NCBI GenBank assembly: GCA_973851085.1
Contig: OZ316775.1
Coordinates: 1,302,001-1,366,000, forward strand
Reading direction: 5' to 3'
DNA: 64,000 nucleotides
DNA from: Ptychomitrium polyphyllum
Taxonomy: Eukaryota
Part shown: positions 11,701-25,700 of the stretch, piece by piece
How the letters are laid out: the number at the start of each line of letters is the position of its first letter
Numbering within the stretch: the stretch's first letter is position 1
Notes under the pieces: generated by a model
What the model saw: the letters and a program-made list of their open reading frames with translations, nothing else
The model's database searches: none
What the model was told of the DNA's origin: nothing
Translations under genes and position numbers: made by a program

Positions 11701-14700
11701 ATGATGCAGTCACCCGTAGGGGTTGGCCCCCCGAATGCGCAGGCTGAGGGACAGCCGCAGCAGCAGTGGGTCATGATGCAGCAAACAGGGATGCAACCGC
11801 AGCATCACGAGGAGGTGAAAACCTTGTGGGTTGGAGATCTCCAGTATTGGATGGACGAGAATTACTTGCACACTGCTTTCGTACACACTGGAGAGGTACG
11901 TGTTCGTGCATCTCGGTCTGGGCTGTTCGGGAATGATTCTGATTTTTGTGCATCCTCATGAGCCGGCGCTGTAGGCCGCTCTTGGCCGGAACGTGCGAAC
12001 ACCATCGGGAGTGTTTGGGCGGTCTACGAGCACTTTCGGCATGAGTTTTGAGCGAAGGCAGCCACGTTGAGTCCATTTTCTACCCTAGAGCGGACTCGGA
12101 TTTGCTCGTTGAGATGTGTTGGAATGGACACGCCCTTGAGAGTGGTTGTTGCACATGTGGCGTATGTGGGAAATCGCCGGTACACACGAAGGCAATGGAC
12201 GGACTTTGGAACAGATGTGTTGTGTGAAGCAGAGAGGATTTTCCGGGTTAGGAGTGAGCTGCATGTCGTGCCGAGTACCTTGAGATTCGTGTTCTCTGTT
12301 CTCGCACCGGTCGACCGGTGCCGATCCATGACAATGACGGGGCTTGTGAGCGCAAGTAATTCTCATCCGGAGGAAGTCTTGGTCCATGTGGAGGTCCTTT
12401 GGTTCTGATGCTGATATCCCTGCATCGTGGTGTCGTGATGGTTAGAATCATGGGAGGGGCTTCTGGAGTTGGAAGGAAGGAATGGGGAGTTTACGGGGAT
12501 GTTGGGCAGAGAGAGCCACGTTGTTCCGAGTAGGTTGTGGCGGCGCGTAAGAGGGTAACGTACTCACAAGGGGTTTGTGAATGGCCTTGCAGGTGCAGTC
12601 TGTGAAGATCATTCGTAATAAGCAGACGGGTTACTCTGAGGGGTATGGGTTCGTGGAGTTCGTTTCTCATGCAGCAGCAGAGAAGATTTTGCAAGCTTAC
12701 AATGGTACTCAAATGCCCAACACGGAGCAGCCTTTCCGGCTGAACTGGGCTTCTTTCGGGATAGGGGAGAGGCGCCCGGAGGCGGGACCGGAGCACTCTA
12801 TTTTTGTCGGGGATCTGGCTCCGGATGTGACGGATTACATGCTACAGGAGACATTTCGCACTCGCTATCCATCTGTGAAGGGTGCGAAGGTTGTGACGGA
12901 TGCCAACACAGGTCGATCAAAGGGGTATGGGTTCGTGAGATTTGGTGACGAGATGGAAAGGAATCGGGCTATGAGCGAGATGAACGGAATTTACTGTTCG
13001 AGCCGGCCGATGCGAATCAGCGCAGCCACCCCGAAGAAGTCTTTGGGCCCCGCACAACTTAACCCGAAAGGTGTGTGTTTTCCGTGTCACTCCTTGAATG
13101 ACTTGGTGCATATCCTGTTCTGGAGTCTTTTTTGTGCAGGCCTGAAGCATGGCAGAGCTTCTGGCTGGATGCACGTGATGGTCATTTCACTTAGCAGTCG
13201 TACTGAGACACTGTGCACGTAGTTGCAGTTCCGTATGCACTTTGGTGAGGGAATCTTTGGTGGGAGGGTGAGTAAGGTCGTGTTGGTCAAAGTGGTGTCT
13301 GCTGGGTAAGCTTATGAAGTCAATAATCTGTGTCGAAGCAGGAGGGGAAGAGACTTCCTACAAAGGGTGCCTACAAAGAGAACCCGGCAACTGGGAAAGC
13401 ACCCTCAGTAGTGGGTGGCCCCTGATTTAGGTCAGTGTCCCTGTTTGCACGTTTTGCTTCTGCATTTCGTGCTTTCGTTCTAGTATTTTCTTTCTGCCAC
13501 ATCAAGGATTTCAGCTTACAAGCCTCTGCCCATTCGCATTCCGGGTGTTCCACGAGTCCCTTCCAAACTCTTATTCAGTCAGTTCTATCCCTGCTGTTGA
13601 AGGTCACTTTCAATTGCCGACTCACACCTCTTTCCACAAGGGTGTCATTGTTATGCTCTACCTTCTGTTCGTAGCTCTCCTCGTTCAGGATCAAAGGTTG
13701 ATAGGATTCATGTTATCCTGACTGGCATAGCCATATTTCCGTGTGAGTTGGTCCCTCGTGGAGACAGTAGACAGAGCCGAATGATCGCACTAGGATTCTT
13801 GTTTGTCACCCGTTGCTGAAGCTTTCCTGGGCGTCATTTGAGTTGGGATGTGTCAATCCTGCGTCTGGGCCCTCTTTGTCGGTCATAATGTATCTTGTGT
13901 GTTTGCTTTTGGAATTTGGGGTAACCATAACGTCGATATCTCAGGCGTGTAATTTGAGGGTTGTGGCTTGGAGTAACCGGTCACGAGGTCCTGTCAGCTT
14001 GAAGTTTGATTGGCTAGCTGCTAAGCGACTGAGATGTGGAAGACGGTTGTTGACATGCCGAGAATCCTCCAATTTAAGATGCTATGTAGGCCGTTACTGA
14101 CTGCAATGATGTGATGCTTGATTGCGTGGATGCAGCCTCTCCTGTAGCTGTTGCTACGTACACGGCTTACGGGGCCCAGCCATCTCCGCAGGCATTTCCT
14201 ACAGACAACGATCCGAACAACACAACAGTGAGTTGGTTAGAGCGTTTCTATTGAGACCTAATGTTTTGTTTGACTCCGACCTGGGCGCCGTCTTGTTTTG
14301 TTAGTGGCAAGACATGGTGATTGGGCGTTTGGGGATCAAGAATAGCTGGATATCTGAGTTGTGTCTTGTGTCGATGGAAACTGTTGGCAGATATTTGTTG
14401 GAGGTCTCGATCCAGCTGTAGGCGACGAAGACTTGAGGAACGTGTTTGGACAGTTTGGAGAACTCGTTTATGTGAAAATTCCTGCTGGAAAGGGCTGTGG
14501 TTTTGTCCAATTCACTCACAGGTATTTACTATCTCCTAGTGCATCTAGTCGTGTGCTCAGCATGGTGGTGTTGTTGTCGATCTAGCGTCACTGCGCTGTT
14601 TGATGTGAGGTAGACTGTCGAGCGCTCTTGTTACTGCGGACATGATGGCATTCACCATCTGGGCGAAGCTGATGTGGTCACTTTTGAAGGGCCCTATGTA

Positions 14701-17009
14701 GGAAGAGACGCAGGAATGGTCAGAGTCGTTCTGCCTGGGTCGATACTCAGGCAGATGAGCAGTTCTGCGCTGCAGGCATGTGAAAAACGTACGAGCGGAT
14801 ATCTCTGGCATCAAGTGCATGTTTCCTTTCCACTGGACCATTGACACACCTGCTGTGCGTGATGTTATTTCAGAGCATGTGCAGAGGAGGCCCTGCAAAG
14901 GCTTCACCAGACGGTGATTGGGACGCAAGCAGTGCGTCTGTCGTGGGGTAGGAGCCCTGGCAACAAGCAGACAACGGATGTAAGTCGAGGTCTTGTTGTC
15001 CTGCAACTCGTGATTGGGAGTGTTTTTAATATTTCTGGATCTGCTGTGGAGGTTGTTGCTCACTTGCTAACTGGTTTTGATTTTCTGGGAGCAGCCTGTC
15101 TGGGGCCAGCACCCAGATCCGAACCAGTGGAATGCGGCAGGCTATTATCAGGGATATGCACAGGGCTATGATCAATACGGATATCCGACACAGCCCCCGC
15201 AGGACCCTGCATATGCTCAATACGGAAACTACCCTGGTTATGGGAACTATCCTCAGCAGGTATGCTAGTTTCCCTCCTCGCTCCCCGCCCCCCGCCCCCC
15301 ACTTTTGTGTGTTGACGGTCCGGTTTATGGTTTGGTGGATTCTAGTGCGTCACTGCAATACTTGTACTTAGAGAGTCTGTTGGTGTCAAAGAACGTGTTT
15401 AATACCAGGGCTTCCACCGATGGGCTGTGAGGCAGGGTCGCCTCGGTCCATCTGCTGTTTGTACGTACATTATACGCTGAAGATGTTGACGGTCTAGCAG
15501 TGGCGTTGAGTTTGGGTTAGCACTGCAAATACGGAGTTATGCAGGAGCTTCTGAGGCTTTGGCGGAGAGTAGGTTGACAAGTAGGAGGAGAAGGAGGAGG
15601 TTAGTGTCCTAATTATGAGCAGCAGTCTTTGTGGATACGCACATGCATAAGATTTCGAGCACACAGGGTTTGTATGGTTTGTGCATCGAGAGGTTGCAAA
15701 GCAGTAGAGGAGTCAATTTTGTGGGGGCGGTTGTGCAAGCAGCAGATAGTTTGAAGTGTGAATACAAGCGCCAGGCTTACTTGATATAGGTGTGGTTAAT
15801 GGTGCTGTGATCCTGATAGTGAGGCTGATCGTGATAATGATTTTCTGAGGCTGGCTCTTCTGTGGTCGCATATTACAGTGAAGAGTTCAGCAACTGTGAG
15901 AAGTAATTCCCGCTGGAGCGTTTTTGGCGTGTGTGACAGTGCAGAATAGTTGTCGAAACTTGGAATGCCTTTTAAACCCTCACTTGTAATGATGGCAAGG
16001 CAATAGATGTTCAACTTTTTCAAGTCATAAGACGCCAACCTTGAAGCTGGTGTTGCGAGGCTTCTGGGAAACCATTTGTATGCTGATCTAGTCTTTCTGG
16101 ACATGATTAGACGTGTTGGGTTAGCTTTCAATGTCTGTATGGACTTTCCCTCAGCAATGAAAAGTGTGAACTGAATCATTAGTCGATAAGCGAGGGACTT
16201 GGTCGGCTTCTTTTCGCTTGTATTGGTATATGGGGCATATGAGAGGCTTTTTCTTTTTTCCTTTTCATCTTTTTGTCCTTGTGGTACTTTGAATTCAGAG
16301 GGCTAGGGTCGTTGCATGCTGGGAGGTATGTTGCGAGCCTGAGTGATTCGTCTTTATTCCACTTGTCGTATATGCTGTTTGCTGCAAGGAAACACTGCAT
16401 GCTCATCAAGTTACCATGTTGAAGGTTTGATGTTAGGTTTTGTGCACTACTAGTTCCAAGCAACTGTAGGAGGTTTAGGGTTTAGGTGGATGGGAGTGGT
16501 ATGATGAGGTTGTGGCAAAGGCCAAAGCTGGAGAAGAGCTCCAAGTGAGGGAGCTGGTGTGGACTCCTTTATTTATATATTCTGGGTATCGCATATATGT
16601 GCACATCACTATCGTTAGGGTGACGCACAGGCTTCAGTTGCTGTAAGCGCTGCCCCTACTGCGGAGCACAAGGAGGAGGAGATCTTTGACCCCTTAGCCC
16701 CTCCCGATGTGGACAAGTAAGTTTGCTCGCACTGCTGTGTCCTGATTTTTCCTGTTGAAGTTCCAAGTGGACTGGCCTGCATTCTACGCGTGTTCGTATT
16801 GCATATGTTGCATGTCCTGTTCTGCTTCTATGTATCGGATTCCAGAATCGCATCAGTCTGGTTTGGGAGCTGTGAGAACAAATTGGTTGACGGTCGGAGT
16901 TGATGACTGCAGGTTGAATGCAGCGTACATGGCCGTTCACACAGCTCCTTTGCTGGGTCGCCATTTGTGGCTGAAGACATCCGATCATGGTCAAGCGCCT
17001 ATTAGCTAG
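11701..17009 (+). CDS. RBP47: Polyadenylate-binding three-RRM protein, RBP45/RBP47 family (RBP47B'-type; TIA-1/Nam8 relative), copy A, 449 aa
   Basis: Exons 11701-11895, 12593-13070, 14136-14227, 14391-14521, 14874-14979, 15095-15259, 16631-16716 and 16913-17009; all GT-AG, total 1350 nt, in frame. Q-rich N-terminus, KTLWVGDLQYWMDENYL, SIFVGDLAPDVTD, DNDPNNTTIFVGGLD, and a C-terminal FDPLAPPDVDKLNAAY..LGRHLWLKTS tail typical of RBP47B'. Confidence 0.93.
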
Positions 17010-18809
17010 CTTTACAAATTTTCTATTTATGCCGTGCTTACAACCGGCCATGTGGCTGCCGGTTGCAGATCAAACTCACCTACCGAGATGGAGGCAAAGT
17101 GGATCCCTGTTGCGTTTTTTTGTCTGTTTTTTTTTTCCAAGTCATAAAAGGGAGGATATCTAGAGTTGATAGACCACACATATCCACTGTTTCCGTTTTG
17201 TTGTCGTGTTGTTGGATGCCTGGGTTGAGGGTTGTATGCATTACTGCCGGTGTGTGACTTTGGCTTGAATGTTGTAATCGTGCGGGGCTGACTGGGATCT
17301 CATTAAGTAATTTTGAGCACTTGGGTCGTGTGTGATACTGGAGTAATGACAGAAATTCCTACTCCTGCTAATAACCTACCTGGCCAAGCACTGATGGTTT
17401 GGTCGTCCTTATCATCAAGTCGTATGGGCATGAGATACTCTGTAGCTTTTATGTATGTCCCTTCTAGCATCGCTGTCCACTATGGTACACGGTTTTGCTG
17501 TCGTTTCCTCCACATTCGAACATTCAGCTTGTTCAATTTATGCAGCCAAATGTGTCTACTGGGACATGTTCCTTCATCCAAGACTACCCAGCATATCATT
17601 CGGTCGGGACTACAATTTTCATTCTAATGAAGCATAGTCATGATGAGATGTATTTGTACTTTTGAGGAAAAGATAAGAACATAGCTTATACGGTATTAGA
17701 AGAATCCTTTGTCATGTAAATTGACATGTGCGGGTAGCTTGAAAGGTGCGAGCGCTTGAGGATGAAATATCTAAGCCAATTCGATTGGTTCTGATTGCAT
17801 TGCTGTAAAATCTGTCACGGAAGATTTCATCATGTCACAGTACAAACCCTTGCACCATTGCACCATATATTGGACTGTTAGGTGCAAATTGTTCAAGAAC
17901 AATTGCCTTAACATCAATTTTCACATAACACCAACTCCTTCATATCACAAAATGCTCTCATCCCTTATATATTGTACTCAAGATTACACATTCCACATCT
18001 ATAATTCCATAACTCTACATAAATTCCATAATACTACATAAATTTTACAACACTCTCTTCATCACATAACACAAGGTTGGCAAATGATTCTCAAGTGTTT
18101 GTGCATTTGGCACAACCTCCTTATGTACTAAAACTCATAAAGACTTTTCTAACACTATTTCCATTATTCTATTATATTTCTAATAACAAGTCAATCAAAC
18201 TTATCTTAAGATTTGCCACTAAGTGGATTTTAGCCTCATTGCCTACCATAAGTCAAGGCTTTTATCAACATACTTAATACAAGTATCTTCAAAGTTATAA
18301 GTAAATCCAGCTTAATCCAGTTTTATTGGATGAATTCCACTAGCTCATCAATTCAAGTGGCCATTAAATGATCCAATAGTTCAGGAGCTAATAAGACCAT
18401 ATATTGGTATTTAAAAGATTATTTTTTAACAAAAAGTAATTGTTTCTTTAGAAAGTTGTTGCCATATTTAGGCCTCATTTAGGTCTGCTGTTAAATTCTC
18501 CGCAAAACTCAGTCACCTAGCACCCATCTTTCTTGTGTTGTTGGAAGCTAGTTCTCTTTATCTTCCTCAACCTTTTTGTTTACCTATTCCAATTTCTCCA
18601 ATGCCTTCAATTTCTTGAAAGATTCAACTTGGACATTTATTGTTTATTAAATGTTTTTTCAATGTTTGTTAAATGTTTGTTCAATGTTTGTTAAGTGTAA
18701 TCATGTAACACACTGATTAATCAATCAAAGATTCCTTATTTGTTTGAAGTTGTATATATTTATGGAATACATGTGAATTTGGAAAGTGGCCTTTGTCTTT
18801 TTGTGAGTG

Positions 18810-19457
18810 TGTTTGAAGTTGTGTTTTAGTGGAAGCCAAGTTTACTTTAGATACGCAAGAATTGCTTACACGTCTTTGAAGTTGGAACAAAGATCTTTCC
18901 ACAGCTTGTTGAATTGCATCACAGTACTTTTGCGGCAAACAATTGTCCATACCTTCAATAATGCATTGCATTGTTCTTTGGTACTAATGAGTTTCTTACA
19001 TTTTGCTAACACACTTTTGTCAATATGCCACAAACAAAGTATGTGGTGGCATTTTGGGAGGAGGATTGTGATGGCATTGGCTAGTGCCAAGTCAACATCT
19101 GTGACCAGGATTGTTGGAAAGGGGTTGTTAGGAATGGGCCCACAAGTACTTGGTAGTGTTTTCTTCCTAAAAGAAAGCAAAGTTGACAAAGAAGGTCGTA
19201 TTACAACCAGTGCGGCCAACAACAATTATAAACGGCATGCAAAAATGTTTTGTTTTATATGTGCAATTTATCATCAGAACTAAGGAGTAGCGCAGCACTA
19301 AGGCAATTAAATCCGGAAGTGCAAAGAACAGACGTTGCACATTGCCGCTTGCGTTGCATTCAACTATATGATGATAGTTGCTTTCTTTTAGCTCATTTAA
19401 CAACGCTTGGACAGGAAAACGACCAATAAGTACTTCAAGACATTTTGGCTTTACGTT
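18810..19457 (-). pseudogene. MULE/Mutator (FAR1-like) DDE transposase relic, copy in the left arm, cut at the arm breakpoint
   Basis: Mirror of 27308-27955. Encodes VLMINCTYKTKHFCMPF..GRTGCNTTF and, after a frameshift, VTDVDLALANAI..HHILCLWHIDK. Confidence 0.85.
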
Positions 19458-19799
19458 TTATTTTTTTTATTTATGGCCTATTTTATCTTAGAAAAGCATG
19501 TATTTGTGCTTTCTATCACTAATGGATATGCTTTATTGGCAGCTTCTTTCACAATTCACTCTTAGAGTGTTTGGACATCATTTGAAAGTTATTGCAAGAG
19601 GTGTTTAAATTTTGTATTTCATTCATCAATCCTATTACTAAGTCGGCTGTATGTACATAAATAATCACAGCCTTATGGTTTGGTAAGGCGGTACCAATAT
19701 AGAGGTCTTTGAGAAATTGTAATAGGATTATATTATTTGGAATATTGGTTGTAAAGAAAGTTGTAGACAATGGAATTGCCATAACGTATAACTAGGTGG

Positions 19800-22700
19800 T
19801 GTTACAAACATATATCATGCAACATAATCTTTAAAACCTTATAGAACCTTTTGGTATATTGTAGTAGTTTTTTAGAATACTTTCAATGCTTCCATAGCCA
19901 TTTCAATCCTTAAAAACTTCTCAAGAAGGTTCCACTCCCTTAGAAATTTTTTTTAGATAGGTTCTATAGACTTCTAAATCATTCTTAAGCTGCACACAGG
20001 AAGTTTTTTTAGAAGTATTCTAGGAAATACAAGCATCATAGTATAAATAGGAGGCATGAGAAGGTATACTTTAGTCTTGCCAATATAAGTTGTAGAACAT
20101 ATTGTAGCATGCCTTTTTTATAAATTTACAATATTTGTATCAATATTTGTTAATGATTAGCTCTTTTGGAAGCTAAATTTTAAAAACCACTTTGTGTTTG
20201 TTTCTTGTTTCTTGTGTTCCTAACAGTTTAACAAGATTTTATTTTATTTTTGTCAGAATTAAGGTTTTATTGAAGAAGATAGTGAATCTTCCATCTTCTT
20301 TAGGATCCTAAAGCATCTTGGCGGTTGTGGATTATCTTCCTTTAAGCTAACACCATAAGCTGATTTCTTCTTCTAAAAGCAAGTGCTACTTTTTTTGAAG
20401 AAGGATTAATCTTTCAAAAAATGCAGATCACCTTTGAAGATATTGATAGTCTTCTTGGTTCTTACAATTTTAAGTATGTAGTTTTTTTTCTTGAAGATAT
20501 AAAAGATCTTTAGAGATTGCAGATTAATATCTTCTAAGCTAATGTTGGATTTAAATTTTTATTTATTTTTTAATTTACAAAGTTTATTGGTCTAAATAAG
20601 GATAACGTGCTAGAAACATCAAAAAAAAAGTTTACAACTATTGCAGACCCTCAAGAATTATTAAACATAGTTCAAACAAAACTTATTTGCTCTAATACCA
20701 CTAACAATTTAAAGCAATATGCTTATTAGGCTAAAAAATCCAATGATGATATTTAGAATTTATATCAAGAAGTTGTTTGAATGCAAGAGGCCAATATTGA
20801 AAAAGAAGTCTTGCATCAAAACCATGCAAAGCTAAATATTAGTATACTAGAAAAGTTTGATGGATCAAGATAAAGGTTGAAAGGCTTTGTTCAACAAATA
20901 AGGTTTTTTCTCAGTTTGCATCAATCTTGCTATCCTAAAAACATTATTCAAGTGGCATTTCAAATTACTCTTCTATTAAACAATGCACTATCATTATTTG
21001 TACCATTAATAGAAAAAAATCACTATTATTGTACAATATAGACGCTCTCATGGAAGTGTTAACATCTACATTTGAAGACACCAATTGAGAGAAGGTGGCT
21101 AAAATAAGAATCTAAAGTCTATAATAAGGACAATGCTTGGCTGCTACATATGTTGCAAAGTTTTGACAACTTGCTTGCAAACTTTGATTGGAGTAATAAG
21201 GCTTTGGTCACACGATTCCAATGGAGCTTAAAAGAGAATGTAAAGGATTTATTACTTACAATGCTAAAGATTGATACGTTGAACAAATTCATCATTTAAG
21301 TAATAGCATTTGACTAGGTTATTTGAGAAGTGCCAAAAATAATGTTTAGAATGGAGACCAACACATCAAGGTATAGCAGCTATTTCTTTAAAATTATTGA
21401 AAAGTTAAATGAAAATTATACAATTGCCAAATCAAAAAATTTATCTTTAAGACTCAAAGTATAATGCTGGAGTTGAAAAATAAGGATGTTAAGTTACAGG
21501 ACAGACGATGCGAGTGGACACCACAAGAAAACAATCATCAAATTAACGTCTTTTATTACCTCCAACTTCTATTTCTTACTTTATATTTTCTATCAAAATT
21601 AAATTGTCAAATGGTGAAATATTTAGTAAAGCTCATTTAGACACTGGTGCAACAACATGCTTCATAGACAAGGATTTTGCAACCAAACAGTACATGGTGT
21701 TGGTGAATAACACATATTCTGCATCTATTGAAATTATTGATGAACAACTCCTTGCATTTAGTATTGTTATTAAAGAAACTCCGCCTTTGGAAGTTGTTTT
21801 TGGAGACTAAGCATCTAAAATTGTCTTCAACATCATTCAATGTTAAACATATCCTATTGTCTTGGCCCTTTCTTGATTTGAATTACATAATCCAGACATT
21901 GATTGGTGCTTACGGAGTGTGTTTTCAAAGAAAAGACGTTAATGTACAGGAAATCTTGGACCATCATTTATTGGAGTTAAAGAGTTTATGAGAGCCGCAA
22001 AGCATAAATCAATCTATGCCATTTATGCCGCACCAAACGTTTGTCTTTATATCAAAGACTAATCAAGGCATATCTCATTAATATTATGATTATAAAGACA
22101 TCTTTGAGAAAAAAAATGCAGACATATTACCAGAATACCGGCCTTACAATTGTGTCATTGAATTGCAAGAAGGAGCCCAACCACCTTTTGGACCCATCTA
22201 TAACTTATACAAATTGAATTGATTGCCTTGAGAGAATATATTGATGAAAACCTTAGAAAAGGCTTCATTCAACATTCCAAATCACTTGCTAGAACACCTG
22301 TCATGTTTGTTAAAAAATAAAATGGATCATTACATATGTGCATGGAATATTAAAGGCTTAATAAAATAATCAAAATAGATTGCTATCTATTAGTATTATT
22401 TTCATGATTCTTATAATAACTTGGCCAAGCAAAGATATTTAGTAAAATCGATGTTAAAGGAACTTACAACCATATAAGTACCAAAGAAAGAAATGAATAT
22501 AAGACAACTTTTTGATCTAAATATGGCCATTTTGAATACAACGTCATGCCTTTTGGCCTTACTAATGCCCCTGCAAGCTTCCAACAAATGATGAATGATT
22601 TCTATGGATATTTGGACGATTTTGTAATCATCTATTTGGATGACACTTTGATAAATTGAAAGGATGAAATATACTACAAATGGTACAAGCAATTGGTTTT

Positions 22701-25700
22701 AAAAAAACTACATCAACAGGGGTTATATACCAAATTAAAAAAGTGCCTTTTTTATAAATCTTTAGTTGAATTCTTAGGCTACATCATTTCCAAAAGAAGA
22801 ATCCATATGAATAAAAAAAAATAAGCATTGTTATGAAATGCAATATGCTAAGATTAATTTGAGATGTTCAATGCTTCTTGGAATATACAAATTTCTATAA
22901 GATATTCATTAAGGATTATTCCAAGATTGTGGTATTATTGATATAATTTATGGGGAAGCAAAAATTCACATGGAATTAAAAGGCTAAAAAAAACATTTTA
23001 AGGTCTTAAGAAGTCATTCACATTAGCTTCAATTTTTATTCATTTAACTCCAAAAAAATCTTTTTATTTAAAGACAAATGCTTTAGACTTTACTCTTAGC
23101 TTAGTACTCTTACAATATGATGAAAAGAAAAGATTCCATCCATTGCCTTTTGCTGAAGGAAATTCTTAGCAACAAAGATTAATTATGATATACATGACAA
23201 AGAATTACTTACAATTGTAGATGCGTTTGAGGAATGGTGACATTTGTTGGCAGAAGCTCGGCATACCATCATAATATAGATAGACCGTAAGAACTTGGAA
23301 TGCTTTATGAGTGCATGTGTTCTAAATTGCCGTTAAGTAAGGTAAAGTATGTTGCTTTCTAGATTTGACTTTGCCATTACCTATTGATTGGGTAACCTAC
23401 TAAGTAAGCCAATTGCTCTATCTTTAAGATCTTATTTGGCTCCTAAACTTGGAAATGAAATTTTGGATAAACAAAGGACTATTTTGAAACCAAATTTTTT
23501 TTTTTGAAAGTAGAAACCATCACCACAAACATTCCATTTTGACAAAATTTGGAAGGCTTTGAAGAATGATGTTTTTGTTTCAAATATGAGGAGGTGCCTC
23601 AAGAAAAAAAAAAATCCTCCAAATAATGATGAGGACTTTAAATTCCAATAAGGTTTACTTTACTATAAAGAACTTCTGTATCTACCTCCAAAATCTTTAT
23701 GATTAAAGATCCTTTAAGCATACCATGATTCTCTAGTGGTAGGACATTTAGGATTAAATAAAACAATAGAGTTGATTGCTATAGACTATTGGTGGCCACA
23801 AATGTCAAAATACGTGAAGGACTTTGTTCTATCATGCAATACTTGCTTAAGAATCAAGATACCAAGATACTAACCTTGTGGTTTTTTCCATCTTCTTCTA
23901 GTGCCAAAGAATCTATAGTTATTACGTACCTCCTAAATTCCAACTTTAAAGATTTTATTTTAATAGTGGTGGATTGATTCACCAAAATGGCGCATTTCAT
24001 TCTATACAATAAGACGGTAAAAGAAAAAGAAATTGTTAAGTTATTCCTAAATCACATTTACCGCATATATGGAGCACCAAATGATATTGTATTTAATTAA
24101 GGGCCAAAATTCATCTCCAATTTTTGGAAAGCTTTATTCTAGCTATTGTAAGTAAAGATCAATCTTTTATAGCACATTATCTGCAAATTGATGGTTAAAT
24201 CAAATGTGTGAATTAAATTTTGAAAAAATACCTTTGTTGCAGTGTAAACTATCAGCAAGACAACTAAATGGACCTCTTATCTTTGGCAATGTTTGCTTAC
24301 AACAACATAATGCATTCTTCAATAACAAAAATTCCATTCTTTACAAATTATAACCATCATCCTCAAGCAAATCCATTTCAAGTGAAGCATGTTGGAAGTC
24401 CTATAACAAAAGATTTTGCAATTCAACTTACTAAAATCTACCAAGAACTTGCTTTCCAATTACAACAACCTCAAGATTGATACAAAAATTTATTTAGATT
24501 GTCATCAGAAGGACCATCAAAAGTTCAAAGTTGGAGATAGTATATAGTTATCAAAGAAAAAGACCGTCAAAGAAGCTGGATTATCAAAGGCTTAGGTCGA
24601 TGAAATCATCAAATAAATAAATCCAATTAGTTATTGCCTAAAACTACCATCAACCATGCAAAGTAATCCAATGTTTCATATATCTTTGTTGAAACCCTAC
24701 AATAAATCATAAATATCAATGAGAGCCATTTCTCCTCTTCCTCCAGTGAAAATCAATAATAAAATGGAATATGAAGTTGAAGAGATCTTAGATTCATGTA
24801 TAAAGAATGGACGTGTATAGTACCTTATACATTGGCAAGAATATGGCATCAATGACCGAACATAAGAACCTTCAATAAATGTGACAAACGCATTTAATAA
24901 GGTAGACAAATTCCATCAAAGATATCTTCAAAAACCAAGTTATTCATAACGTATTATGATAATTCAATAACCATTAGCTTCACAGAGAAGTTTTTTTCCA
25001 TAGACAAGTATAAGAAGGTGGAAGTGATATCCAACCTTCAATTGTATGCAACAATATTTCCAAGTTATATCATCTTTAAATTCTAGTTAGTATGTAAAAT
25101 CTTTTGTGTCATCATGGATGTTCATGAAGAGCAATTGGTCATGCCTTCTCCAACAACAACACCAATTGAATCAACTCAATTTTATCAATCTTTAGCACCA
25201 AAGGATCTAAGGTAAGATATGACAAAAGCACTCCAATAGCAAGTGCAACTACATGTAGAAGTATTAACCAATTGTCCTTCACACTCTAATTTTGATTTAG
25301 ATATTCAAGTTCTAATCATTTCATTAAAAGATGGAAGAGTCACTCATGGAGAACCATAGATCTTACTTAGAGGACGTTTTGAAGGACTTAATTAAGATCA
25401 AATCCTAAGTTGGAACATTTCAACAAAAGAAGTCTTAGCTAGTGGTCATTGGCATTTTTTACAATGATTAGTTGAGCCAATGACCAAAAATAACAAGCAA
25501 AATTGCTAATGGAGGAGGTAATATCATGGTCATAGATCATACAACATAATCTTTTAAACCTTCTATAACCTTCCAATACATTGTAATAGCATCTTAGAAT
25601 ACTTTCAATGCTTCCATAGTCATTCCAATCCTTGCAAAACTTCTCAAAAAGTTTCCATTTTAATAAGAAAATTCTTAAGGTTCCATAGACTTCTAGAATA

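Larger units (their letters stand above)
10288..19457 (+). repeat. Left arm of 9,170-bp inverted duplication (partner 27308-36477)
   Basis: Every ORF inside this interval has a mirrored ORF of identical translation with coordinate sum 46765. Ends read by hand: 10288/36477 and 19457/27308. One mismatch seen (10309/36456). Confidence 0.97.

Noticed and set aside
10198..11774. Many overlapping 100-190 aa ORFs (and their mirrors at 34991-36590)
   Set aside because: Low-complexity Arg/Pro/Gly/Ala translations in all frames, expected from very high GC in a leader or 5'-UTR intron.
18640..18695. Imperfect AATGTTTGTT repeats (mirror about 28070-28125)
   Set aside because: Short, degenerate low-complexity run within TE-derived DNA; no independent significance.
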